Positions 1 through 12,205 of a stretch of DNA of 64,000 nt are shown one piece after another. The stretch's first letter is position 1, and each line of letters begins with the position of its first letter. The stretch lies in the NCBI GenBank assembly GCA_047967505.1, contig CM106538.1. The stretch is one strand, 5' to 3'. The notes under the pieces are model-generated. The model was not told the origin of the DNA. It made no database searches and saw only the letters and a list, made by a program, of their open reading frames with translations. Both the position numbers and the translations under genes were made by a program. This DNA is from Dipteris shenzhenensis. Lineage: Eukaryota.

Positions 1-879
1 GTTTGAGTGATCAGTAGTTTTCCATGTCTTGAGGGGTTTTCTGGTAAGGTTCGCAAGAGAGAGAGTTTATTCATCTTTTAGGATCTTTCCTCGTTGAGAG
101 AGAAAGAGAGATCTTTGAGAAACCTTTTACCGACCTTCAACAGCAACTTCGACTCAAAGACAACCACAGCCGGCCAAAGACACAGAAGACCTGGGCCATT
201 TGACGCTTCAACACAGGTGACTCAACAAGCTACCTGCAGAAGAGAGATCCATGCTGGTGAGAAGTTTTGAAGCTTTGAAGAATCTACTTGGATTTAGTGA
301 TCACCACCTTCTTTGATCAGCAGATCATTCCTCAGAATGAGACATTTATGCATTAGTGTGATCCCGCCCTAGTGCACTGGACATTATTAGGTTCAACATA
401 ACGCAACCTAGGGAGACTCAGTATTACAGCATGCACTTATGGCTATAGTATACAGTCCTTACTTGATGCAGATTAGTGGTTGGATCGAGGACTTCAGATC
501 AGTCCTTGCATCATCATTTGGCACCGCATATGCCTCAAGGATATCTTATGGCTTTTCAATTATGTTTCAGGCTTCTAGGCCTTTATACTATCAGCTCCAC
601 CTTGAGCCTATGACAGATGCTACATCCCATGTCGATGGATGTTTAGCCATGCACATATCAGATCACCTTCAGCTCATGATAGTTGAGTATACAGGTTTGA
701 CAAGTAGCTACACCTTGTCAGTTTTATGGGCCTCTTCTATAGTAGAGCAGACTTGCAGATTTTCAGCTCCTAAATCACTCTGTCCACACTGACCATTTGG
801 CGTTGGCTCGAATGCATAAAAATTAGTGATGTGTGTCTGTGCTTGGTCTAGCTCGATGTCCTAAGGCATCAATTATAAC

Positions 880-2085
880 TGAATCTCTGGCTTGCAGCAT
901 AAGGGAATCTATGTGTCTTCACACCTCGATCAAGTAGAGCCCAACGCAAATCTGTTCGGGGAAATGTATCAGCCGTATGAGTGGTCCGAAGCTGAGCCCC
1001 TCCTAAAAGAGAATTTGGTATCGTCCTCAAATCTCATAGTAGGCCGAACAAACACATAGAAAATGCTCCTCTGTCTTGACCTCCCCCATCATGCATAGTC
1101 TACGGACCTGCTACTTTCTAGGTATGCCGACTACTCTCCCAATCTCAATCCGTAGCTAATAGGACAAGACTTGTATCTGTCTGCCACCGATAGCAATCTA
1201 CAAGGCATGTGAGACTCTCCTATCCTCGAGGTACTGGGGCCTAATGATGAGACCATGCTCCAATATCCTCAGGAAATGGTCATGATAGAGCTGGGTCTTG
1301 GTGGGGAACTCCTGATCCCCCCCCCCACGCTTGAGATGTTGAAGCTAGAGAAGGTCTAACCATATGATACGATTAATCTCATCATGTGGAAGGAGCTTTG
1401 GTGGTGCATCCATGCTATACTGAAAGGGGGAGAGCCTATCCACCTAGATACCATGGCTATCAAACTATGTGGACACTCACGCATACCATGGTGTATCAAA
1501 GCCTCTCTCTACTAGGCATTGGGATGACTCCAATGCCAGGTAATCTCCACTGAGGTAGGGCCCAAAACTCTAGAAGAGGGCATCCACTTAGAGTGGTGTC
1601 ATGGTGAACTCTGCCTGTATGATCTGATGGGGAATCGAAGGCTTATTCCAAACCATCCTGGATCCCATGATCACCTGTAGCCTCTCAAATCCCTTCCAGT
1701 TCATTAGAGCTGAAAGGTCACTCCCCTAAAAGGTGCTACATACATGGCAATCAGTCTCACGAGAGTGTCAAAAAGCCATCCCTTCGTGTGTGGATCTTGG
1801 AAATGCACCTGGAAGCGCTATCTCTCTAATTGGGTGAGGGCACCCTTCCCTCGTATGAGTCGCGCTCTAGAGGCATGGGTCATCGTGAAGCTTGGTCTCA
1901 TGAATACGGCCCCTTGGTATGTGTAGGACTGCACTCCAGTGGTTCCCCACAATAAGTGAAACCATGTTTATGTCGATGTTGATGAAGCACTGCTTGGGAT
2001 GTGTTGAAGATCATAACATTGGTTTTCCCAAGGTTGACTGTCAGGTCCCTCTCTCTGTAGAACATCTCTAAGGCCTCCAAGAGTT
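880..2085 (-). mobile_element. RTE-like LINE fragment (3' part of ORF2), degenerate
   Basis: ORF 1898..2080 (LTVNLGKTNVMIFN, YCGEPLE) is the post-RT segment of a LINE ORF2. The DNA is co-linear with 7560-8640, for example tcctcaaatctcatagtaggc at ~1024 and ~7637. Left boundary approximate. Confidence 0.75.
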
Positions 2086-2088
2086 TCT

Positions 2089-2091
2089 ACA

Positions 2092-2148
<57 letters not shown>
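2089..2148 (+). repeat. (CA)n microsatellite at the truncation point of the LINE fragment
   Basis: Directly visible CA dinucleotide run. Confidence 0.95.
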
Positions 2149-2150
<2 letters not shown>

Positions 2151-2826
2151 AGAAAGAGAGAGATGTATTACATCTTTGGGAGCCTATGAGACAAAGTACA
2201 ATATTCAAGTGGCACATGCTCATATAAGCCACAATAGGCTAGGGTAAAGGATTCACTAAGTCCCTTTGCAAAGAAATAAACTAAGCTAAACTTAAATTCC
2301 AGATCTAGGAACAAATGGCTAAAATTGTACTGTCAAAAGACATAGCCAAGTGCCATAGTAGCTCTCCTATGAGTAACAAAGATATCTCGTATTTGAGTCT
2401 ATCTAGTCATCTCACACTATGGTCGCGGGGGGGAGGGGGGGGGGGGGGTCTCTGTGATCTCTGTATCCTATGGTTCATGTCGATAGTGATGCCTCTAGTT
2501 GAGCGGTCTCTACCAAGTAGGGCTATGATGGGCTGAACCTCCATCTTGCATGCTTTGGTCCCGCCGCTACGTCGTGTGTGGACCCTATGCCCGTGGCTAC
2601 ATATCACCTAGTCGTTGTCTCATCTCACTGACCCATACTATCCTCACATTGTCGATCTCCTCCTTCTCTTCCCCAACATGCCCAAGGGCACAAACTCGAA
2701 TGTGTAGAAATATGTAACATGTTTCAAGGCTCAGTCCACCCTTGTCTCCTATGGCCTTTCCCTATCTTACTCTATGATTTCACACACTAGGATCTCTCTA
2801 TGTCTCCTCACCTCCATCAAATAAAG

Positions 2827-3164
2827 TGTTATGTCAGCCATAATCAAGGAATCCTAAGGCTTGATTATGGTGAGGTAGGAAACCACAGGGTTCGACAGCA
2901 CTTGCAAAGCAGGGCCTAGAGGGTTTGGGTCTAGGGTCACACCTAGGCCTAGGAAATAAATGAGAAGGTGCAAAAGAAGCCCAAGAGAGGGCTCATATGC
3001 TAAGGTCCCCTGTGGGACACATGGCAAGTGATGGGCTTAGGCGAGGATTCTAGAGGAAGAGCTCAAATTAGAAGGAGATCGACAAAGGGATCTCATGTGA
3101 TGAAGAGCAGGAATTCGTGGCTGGGGGGACAAGAAAGGGAGCCCTCGATAGTGAGATTGTGATA
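2827..3164 (+). repeat. 5' LTR of gypsy element
   Basis: Starts TGTT and aligns end to end with 7209-7546 with scattered substitutions; followed by the PBS. Confidence 0.93.
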
Positions 3165-3165
3165 T

Positions 3166-3177
3166 TGGTATCACAGC
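3166..3177 (+). promoter_or_regulatory. Primer binding site (tRNA-iMet type, one mismatch)
   Basis: tggtatcacagc versus the canonical TGGTATCAGAGC, 1 nt after the LTR end. Confidence 0.85.
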
Positions 3178-4199
3178 CAACAAAATTATGCCCATGAAGC
3201 TACAAAGCCAGTTTGAGACACGGTCTAGTTATGTGCACATAGCTATCAACCTACGTGGACTAATAGAGGTTTCCAACCAGGGCTAGTAAGTGGCCAAAAT
3301 GTGGATGGAAGTTGAGCAGCCATGCTTTTGATTTTTGCTCGGTGATTAAAACATGAAAGATCTGATGGAAGACTGCATAATTCTCCACCCCACAAGTTTG
3401 TCATTGAAGAGTTTCTGTTTTTGCTTTTTATCAACATCGTCCTCAGATGCGTATCTCTGGAATTGAGACCAGAACAAAGAAGGTGTTTGAAGTTTTGAAT
3501 GCCTCATACACCTGTGGCTGTAGAAGAACAAGCTAAAGATATGATACCTTCCGAGCAGAAAGTTCGCAATTTGACACTTTATGAAAGAGGAGGCACAATG
3601 TCCTCACCACTTCTATGGTCAAAGTAAAAATATCAATAGGCGATGCACACGAGTGTGTTGTATGAAAGAACAATGAATTTGCTTCTAAAGTAGCAATTGG
3701 TTTCAACTCTCTGAGTCACGAATGAAAGCAATGATCTCTTAAGAGGAAATTTAGCCCATGGTCAATGAACTTCAAATTTGGTATCAGCCCATGGTGGCCG
3801 ATGAAGTATACGGAGGAAGACGAAAAGATGCTACCACGTCATTCAAAGGTTTAACCTTTGAAAAAAGCCACATCAACATTTCCCTTTTAGCCCCTCTTTC
3901 TATTTCCAAATCTCAAACTCTCTCCTCTTTTTCCTAAGGTTCCAAAATTCTTTCTATCCCTTGTTCTTTCCAATCTTCTTAACCTCGCCAAGTTCAAAGA
4001 TCGAAGTGAGGAATTCAAGATTTTGAAGCAAGGATTTCGAGATAGAAGAAAGTGGAAGAAGCGTGAATGAAAGGATTGTGAATCAAAGAAAGCGAGAAGA
4101 CAAATCCAACGCCTCGAACAAGTACCACAGAAGTGGGCATTGCATGTTTCTCTCTGTTATAGAGCTTTTGCTTTATATCTTTTGGAAAAATTTTGCACT

Positions 4200-7100
4200 T
4201 GAAATGGCAAATCTAGAAAGGGATGAAATGATTAGGGAGAGTGCTAGAAAGGGAAAAGCTATAGCTGAAGTGGAAATACATGAGGAAGCATGTACCAAAA
4301 TTCATGAAGATAGCATGGAAATGGAGGATATAGATTAGAGTGATTATCAAATTCTTTATTCGGAATTCATTAAACTTAAAACTCGAACGCAAAACATAGA
4401 AACACAGGAGGGATTATTAATAATACATTGAAGTGCCTACCTGAAGCCACCAAACTATTCGATTCTCAATCGGTAACTCCTATGGTATAGTCACACCGAC
4501 TTCTCCTAGTCAAGTTCAGAGGTCCACCCTTCGACTTAGAGAAACCTCTAACATTCTTAAGGACTTGAAACCACTAATTTTTAATGGGGAAGAAAAGGAA
4601 CATAATAATGATGCGATCAATACATTCTTGCAAAAGTGGCAAGACTTCCTTCATCTCGGGAATACCCCTCCTAAAAATCAAGTTGTGGAAGCAAGTCTTT
4701 CCCTTGGAAATAAGACCTATAAATGGTTTAGAGAAGAGAATGTCCCTAAGACATCATTTCGTACTAGGTATGGGCATTATCAGTTTAAAGTAATGCCATT
4801 TGGGTTAACAATGCTCCAACAACTTTCATGACACTTATGAATAGTGTCTTAAGTCCATATTTAGGAAAATTTTATGCAGTAGTTTTAGACGATATCCTTA
4901 TTTATACTAAAACCAAAAAAAGCCTTTGGAACATTTGCAAAAAGTGTTCTAGCTGCTTAGAGATCATTCATTTTTTGATAAAGAATCCAAATGTGAATTC
5001 TTTGTTATAGAAGTAAAGTCCTTGGGACATATAATATCCCAAGAAGGAGTTTGTATGGATCCTGAAAAAGTAAGGGCCATATTGGAATGGCCACATCCTA
5101 CAAATCTAGAAGAATTACAAATATACTTAGGTTTGCCTGGATTTTAGAGGAGATTCATCCAAGATTATGCAAAGATTATTGTTTCAATGATGGACCAGCT
5201 TAAGGGGAAGGAAAGCACCTTCATATGGGATGAACCTCAAAAGAGAAGTTTTGAAAAATTAAAAGTAGCTATAGCAGTAGCTCCTATCTTAAAGGTAGTG
5301 GATCCCAATGAACCATTCATGGTTGAGACAAATAGCAGTGATTTTGTTGTTGGGGCAGTACTTTTACAAAAAGGTTGACCAGTGGCTTTTGAAAGCAAAA
5401 AGTTAGATCGTGCCCAACGAAATTACTTAGCATATGAGAAGGAACTATATGCTAGTCTATGCCTTAAAGAACTGGAGACACTATTTGTATGGTGCCAAAT
5501 TTGAGATCAAGAAAGCACTAAGTGGATTTAAAATCAACCATAGCTTAAAGGTAGAAAAGCTAGATGGGTTGAATTAATGCAAGAGTTTGATATACAATGG
5601 ACATATCGAAAGGGGAAGTTCAATGTGGTAACAGACTCCCTTAGCCGAATGCTAATTGTTAATGAATTGAGTTTTACTCAATTTTATAATGATTTCCTAG
5701 AGTCATTAAAAGGGAAATGTGAGTTTTATCCTCACTTCTTTGAAATATGGAAAGCAATTAGAAATAAAGATCCAATTAATCGAGAGGCTTTCACTGAGGA
5801 GTTGCATGGAAATGGTGATACATCATAGACTGGCGATGATAAAGGACTCAAGTGGAATAAATATACTATTGAGGATGGCTACCTGCTCTACAAGGGTAGA
5901 GTATGTGTCCCGGATAATAATGACATTAGGTGCCAAATTCTTTTTGTGTCATGATAGTCCAAGTGCTGGACACCCAGGAATTTAGAAGACATATGCGCTT
6001 CTGAAAAGGCAATTCTTTTGGCCTAGAATAGGTAAGGATGTCCGAGACTACGTATTGAAGTGCCAAAAATGCGAAGTCAATAAGGTTGAACGCCTTAAGG
6101 TAGGAGGTCTTCTACACCCATTGGAGATTCCATCGGGCAAATGGGAAAGCATCTCCATGGATTCTATTGTGGGATTACCTAGGACTCAAAGGGGGCACAA
6201 CTCTGTGTGGGTAATTGTTGATCGATTGACCAAGATGGCTCATTTTATTACTGTGAGAGTGAAGAGGTTAAAACTCGAAATTAGGAAGACTATTTGTGGA
6301 GTATATTTATAAATTGTATGGGCTACCAAACCAGTATTGTTAGTAACCGGCCATTTTTGGAGGATGGTCTTTATGAGGTTAGGAACTTCATTCAATATGA
6401 GCACCACGGATCATCGAGAGAGTGATGGTCAAACTAAGGGTCAATCAGATTATTGAAGATATGCTTTGAGCATATGTAAGTAAACAGCAAACTACTTCGG
6501 GACATTATTTGCCCATATTAAAATTTGCATATAACAATGCCAAACATTATGCTACATGTTTTAGTCCATTCATGATGATGTATGGATTTCAACCAAGAGC
6601 CCCAATGGCAGTGGGACTTGAAAAAGAGAAGGTTCAAGTGACCAAAGACTTTCTTGAATATATGAAGCAAATGCTTAAATTAGCTAATGATAGCATAAGA
6701 AGAGCTCAAGATAGAGCACGAAGTTATGCAATCCCCCACTGTAGAAGGTTGGAGTTTGAAGTAAATGAGAAAGTCTACCTGAAGGTACCTGAATCTTCAA
6801 AATCCCTAAAGACAAGTAAATGTCTGATGTTATCTCCTAGGTATTGTGGACCATTCACAATACTTAAGAGAATTGGGGAACTTGCTTACAAATTAGCCTT
6901 ACTGGAGGGATGTAAAGTACATCCTGTTTTTCATGTTAGTAGGCTAAAAAGGAAGTTAGGAGATGATGATAGTCTCATTGGAAATGAAGTCCTAGTTGAA
7001 CTCATTGAACCTGCGTCTTTACCACATGAACCAGAAAGAATTTTAAATAACAAGAAAAAAGAACATGACATAAAATATGGCAAGAATGTCTTGTTAAGTG

Positions 7101-7200
7101 GAAAGATAGATCTAAAGAGAGTTCAACATGGGAGAGGATAAGCAATCTCCAAACGAGGTTTCCCAATTTTTTTTTCGAGGACATAAACCATTCTTAAGGG
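4200..7200 (+). pseudogene. pol: Gypsy gag-pol pseudogene (gag stub fused to mid-RT, RNase H, integrase, chromodomain remnant)
   Basis: ORFs 4565..4831, 4828..5010, 5187..5378, 5577..5828, 6055..6312 and 6509..7141 carry consecutive gypsy pol motifs separated by stops and frameshifts. Confidence 0.9.
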
Positions 7201-7208
7201 AAAGGGAA

Positions 7209-7546
7209 TGTTACATCAGCCATAATCACAGAAGCCTAAGGCTTGATTATGGTGAAGCGAGAAATTAGAGGGCTTGACAACACTTGCAAAGTAGGGCCTA
7301 GAGGGCTTGGGTCTAGGGTCACACCTAGGCCTAGGAAATAAATAAGAAGATGCAAAAGAAGCCCAAGAGAGAGCTCATATGCTAAGGTCCCCTATGGGAC
7401 ACATGGCAAGTGATGGGCTTGGGGGAGGATTCTAGAGGAAGAGCTCAAAGTGGAAGGAGGTCGACAAAGGGATCTCATGTGATGAAGAGCAGGAATCCAT
7501 GGTTGGGTGTACAAGAAAGGGAGCCCTTAATAGTGAGTTTGTGATA
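7209..7546 (+). repeat. 3' LTR of gypsy element
   Basis: Preceded by purine tract aagggaaagggaa and followed by TSD TAAAG. Confidence 0.93.
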
Positions 7547-10500
7547 TAAAGGCCAATGCAGACCTCATCTTGAAATATGAACGAGTTAAAAGAGAGGCTT
7601 GAATCCATGTCCCTCCTAGAAGAGGCACTGATAGCATCCTCAAATCTCATAGTAGGCGATGCTCCTCCATCTCTATCCCCCAAGGTGCACAATCTACAAA
7701 TCTCTTGCCCTGGGCACACCTATGGCTCTCCCAGTCTCAACCTCAGCTGATGGAATGAGACCCACATCTATCCAATGGCAATCTTGAGGGCATGTGAAAT
7801 GCATCTTTCCTCTAGGTATTGGGGTCTGATGATCACTCCATCCTTCGATACTCTCAAGAAATGGGTGCAATAGAACCGGGTCTCCTGGTCTCCTCCCTAA
7901 GTCCGTGACGTATAGAGGTGGACTATGTCCAAGTTCCAATTGTAAAATACAATTGATCTCATCCCATGCGACCAGCTGATCAAGAACATCTAAGCTCTAC
8001 TGAAAGGGGGGGAGACGATCCATCTGAATGCCTTGTCTATCAAACCATCTGGGAATGTGTGCATACCAAGCCCCACTCTCAGCAAGCCATATAGATGACT
8101 GCAGTGCCACTCTCAGTAGTCTCCCTTTGCATAAAGCCCACACCCTATGAAGATAGGTGACCATCTAGAAATAGGCTTCAATCTCGAGTGGCATCATAGC
8201 AAACTCTACTTGTATGGTTTTGTGGGGGACCTAAGGCTTGCTCATAATCATCCTGGATCCCATAGTAACCTGAAACCTCTCCAAGTGTTGCCACTTAGTT
8301 ACAGTCAATCACACCCCTAGAAAGGTGTTGTGCACATAGTTTTTGGCCTCACCAATGTGTCAAATAACCATCCTTTTTTCGAGGGTTCCTAAGAATATGC
8401 CTAAAGGAATAGCCACTCCAGTAGAGCTAAATCTCCCTTCCCTCATGTAAGATGATGCCCCAGTTGCATGGGTCATCATGAAGACTTGCCCTAGATAGGT
8501 GTTGGATTATACAATCTCCATAGGCTCTCCTCAATAGGTGAAGCCATGTTGATGAAGTGCCAGTCATGAGGTGTTAAACGCCATAACCTCAGTCTTACCA
8601 AGGTTAATTGTTAGGTCTCTCTCTTTGCAAAACACCTCTAGGGCATTTAGGTGTCTCTATAGGCTTGCAAAGTAGAAGAGGAGAATAGGACTATGTCATC
8701 TACATATAATAATTTATGTATCATCTCATCACCCAGTTGGGATCCTTCACCCCCTAGGTAGTCAATGAATGTCATAATCTTAACAATATATAGCCCAAAT
8801 AGTGTTGGTGAGAGAGGGCATCCCTGCTTCACCCCTATCGTGCTCTTGACCCAACCTGACATGCCTTTCGGAGCACGTACTCTCCCTCTAACCTAACACA
8901 TATACACTCACCACCCCCCAAATCATGACATCTAAAATCGACAACTCCTGTAGTCATCTGATCATGTGCGCTCGTGGGACTGTGTCAAAGGTGGCCTTCC
9001 AAAAGTCTAAAAGCAGGCGTATGTCATTATAGGATCTCAATCTCACCTCCTCAATGACAACACTCAAAGTAAAGATATGATCCATAGTGGAATGATGTCT
9101 CCTTAAACCAACCTATCCCAAAGCTCGATGCTCGTGTGTCTTTGTGTAGGAGTTGATCTTTCTCTCTAGTACCAATCCATAGATCTTGGTGGTCAGTGTA
9201 TGACCAATCATGAGAGCACGATAATTCCCAATATCCATAGGATCTCCTGCTTTGTATATCGGCACAATGGTGGTGGTACTCCAAGAAGGAGGGAAGCCAT
9301 GACAAAAAGCATGATTGAACATCCTCGCTAGGATCAAGGCCAAGACCTCCTATCCATGTGTGAAGTGCTCGGTTCGTGACCCCTTGTGGTTCTAGGCTCT
9401 TCGATTGTGGAGTCGGCATGATGCAACTCTCAAATTTTGTGGGGTAAATAGAATGCAGGTGGTGGGCCTAGGGAGAGCGGACATATCGGGTAGTACTTGA
9501 GGTGGGATGTCATAGAGGGATGTCTCATAGGTCTGACAAACATTTGATACATGCTAGGTAAAAGTGTCTTCCCTTTGAACAAGAGGCCCCATGCCAAGGT
9601 GGAGTCGCCTCCCTGTCGAAAAGATTGCATCACCTCATCCATTCTGTGTTAGAGGAACGCTGACCTCTTATACCACGTCAGGCGTTGTGAAATGCGCTAT
9701 GCCTCAGATCTCATCAAGTGTCCCAAAGCCTGCCCCCATATGAGGTAGAGTCTCATCTCCAGACACTAATCATCAAACCACGAGTTTTGGGGCATCTTCC
9801 CAACTAAGGGACAACCCGTGCATCTGGTTTAGGGAATGATCCAGTGGCGGCATCATGAATTACTGACACCAGTGTGTCTGATACAAGGGCGAGGTCTGCA
9901 TCATCTCTCATTGGGGTCACTAGCCCATGGGATAAGTTACTACATCAAGGCCATGAACTCGAACTTGGGTGGGGATAGGTAGATCACATAATATGTCTGG
10001 TAGTGTAATCAAGACACTAAATGACAAGTATGAGTGGTCAGTGCCAAGAGGGGGTGAGAGGAACTTAAAATCTTGAACCTGCATCACAAAGGTCGCTGAA
10101 CCCATCAGGTAGTCTACCATACTACTGCCCCCTCCATGTGGGAAACATGGAAGCCCTAAACAATGTCCATCATGCTGAAGACCATTTATATTATCAGGTT
10201 GTGTACCACTCCCATCTCCAATAGGTGCCTCCCATGTCATCACATGTGGTGTGTCCTCTAAGTGTCTCACTATCCCGAGCTCTACTAGGTCCACCTTGGG
10301 CACCTGGAGGAGATCTGACCCAAAGTCAAGCAACTCCACCTATCTATTTCTCATATGCGCATTGAAGTCACTAAGGAGGAGCATCTCCTCCTACATAATC
10401 TCTTTGCTAGTATAAGCCTCTGAGAAGTCCCCTGGTTTTGATCATAGAATGCCATTGCAATTCCATGTTGTTATCTTCAATCCATGTTGTCCCCTCACCC

Positions 10501-11160
10501 CATGATCTGGGCACCGTCATGTGCTGTCCTCTCCTCTTTTCTTCCTTTCCTGAATTGTGACTTTCCCAGCTCTATAAATAGCCCATTTTCTTTTTCTGTG
10601 GCTACCATGACATGTATCATACCCTCTCTTTGGTGTTCCTGTTGCAAGAGTGTGAGATCATCATCTAGGTATGTTCTGGTCCCCTTTAATGTGGCTCTCA
10701 TACTCATGAGAGTGGATCTATCCTTTGATTATCAATGGTCTTGTAGGTGCCTCATCCTTTCCCACTCACCATGCAGCCTCAAAGGTGCAGGTTGACCCCC
10801 ATTTTGGGTATGATTTCCTTTGCATCTTCCACTATGTCACCCATTGCTAGGCCTCTCATCAACACATTAATGGCTTCGCTACTCCACCTTTTCTCCTCCT
10901 CTAAAGCATCGGAGATAAAGGCTTTCTTCAGGACTGACACATCTTTCTTAAGCACTTCATTCCATTCCAGGATCTTCTCTTTCCCCTCTATTATTTGCTA
11001 AGTAAACTCAGCATGTTTACCCTACATGTTAGCTTGAATAGTAGCCATTTCCTTTCTGAAAGTCTCATTTATTGTTTTGAGCTCATTTACTATTTTGAGC
11101 TCCTCCAATGCTTTTGTTTATTTTATCTCTCTCCTATTTAACCTTCTCTTTGATGATATT
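7547..11160 (-). mobile_element. Near full-length RTE-like LINE (ORF1 + APE-RT ORF2), degenerate; 3' tail continues left of the gypsy insertion (about 2500-2826)
   Basis: RT motifs GVKQGCPLSPTLFGLYI and LLYVDDIVL (8647..8862), IVPIYKAGDPMDIGNYR (9113..9343), APE motifs LLSDFNAH (~10360-10385) and SMVDY/GTDH, ORF1-like LKGTRTYLDDDLT (10495..10707). The frame QDEVCIGLY|LMEVRRHRE reads through the gypsy TSD. Confidence 0.88.
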
Positions 11161-11161
11161 C

Positions 11162-11347
11162 TATGGGGGTTAAAGGTCACTGTGCCTTTACCCCAGTTAT
11201 GTACAATACTCAAACACATATATAAATGAATGAAAAAGAAGTTTAGGGTGTTTTGCACCCACCAAAAACTTGTGTGGCTCTCTGTTTCTCTCTCTCTCCC
11301 TCTTTTGTTCTACTTCCGTTGAGAGCACTCTCAATTGGTATCAGAGC
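11162..11347 (+). mobile_element. Short LTR (~170 bp) plus PBS of an LTR element interrupted immediately downstream
   Basis: Ends ...ctctca followed by at and a perfect TGGTATCAGAGC (11336-11347). Its 5' part resembles the reverse complement of 35458-35617. Confidence 0.65.
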
Positions 11348-12205
11348 CCAAGTGATCTAGCTGAGCATGCGTGAATGCCTGGAAGCTCAACAGCTCTGTG
11401 GGAGGAAGGAGAAGCTCTGTGGGAAGCTTTGTGGGTGACTTTACTTGCATCCGAGTGTGTATATGCCACCTTAGTTAGTTGAGTTTGGTTTTGAGACCCA
11501 CATATAGGGTTCTTCTATTTCTTTGTACTAGAGTTCTTTTGGCTTTCACAACCAAGAAGAGGAAAACTGTTTTCAGCCTCCACCTTTGTGTGTATTCCCC
11601 CATTGTGCATGTGAGAAAGCCGCAAGTGAGACTCCTTCCCTCTCTCCCACAATCTTCACATGGTATCAGAGCCTGGTTCGTGGTAAGGAGCTCAAGAAAG
11701 CAAGCCAAGTTCGTGGTGTCCTGGTAAGAGGACCAGTGTTGCTTTCCTATTTCGAGTTTGGGAGCAAATCTCTACAGGTAGCACAGCCAGAAGTGCAAAA
11801 GTGCACTGTTTCAGATTGAGACGCCCTTCGCGGTGTGGCGAGAGGTGCAGTATATGCTGCGGGAGTGGGCAAAGCCCTTAGTGACTTTATTTTTCTGATT
11901 TGAGGCCGTTTCGGGGCCTGTTTTGGAGGCGGAAGTTCTTCGCAGGCACTCAGAAAAAGGCCCTGTTTTTGGCTGTGCGACCACTGCGCAACTAGTCGTG
12001 GAAAGGTGCCGCAGAAATTGCATCGTATGCCTGTGTGCAAAGATATTAGGAGTTACAGATTCATGCCTGTTGCCTGTTGATGCAAAATCGTCACTAGGAA
12101 GTGACTGTGTGGTGAAATACCACTTTCGTCAGTTTTGCAGATCTGCCCGTGTGAGGCAAAAAGCTGTGTTTTTTGCAGTGACAGAATATTTTGCAGTGTT
12201 CTGTA

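Larger units (their letters stand above)
2827..7546 (+). mobile_element. Ty3/gypsy (chromovirus-like) LTR retrotransposon, internally deleted and degenerate
   Basis: 338-bp LTRs at 2827-3164 and 7209-7546. TSD TAAAG at 2822-2826 and 7547-7551. PBS tggtatcacagc at 3166 and PPT before 7209. Domain order RT ([17 protein letters not shown]), RNase H, integrase (HDSPSAGHPG, WESISMD, GPF/HPVFHVS), then EPERIL (chromodomain-like). Confidence 0.95.

Noticed and set aside
1-850. ORF 439..792 and surrounding sequence
   Set aside because: No recognisable motif; probably TE-derived but I cannot assign it.
3779-3790. Second PBS inside the gypsy leader (tggtatcagccc)
   Set aside because: Partial match only, with no recognisable separate LTR in front of it.
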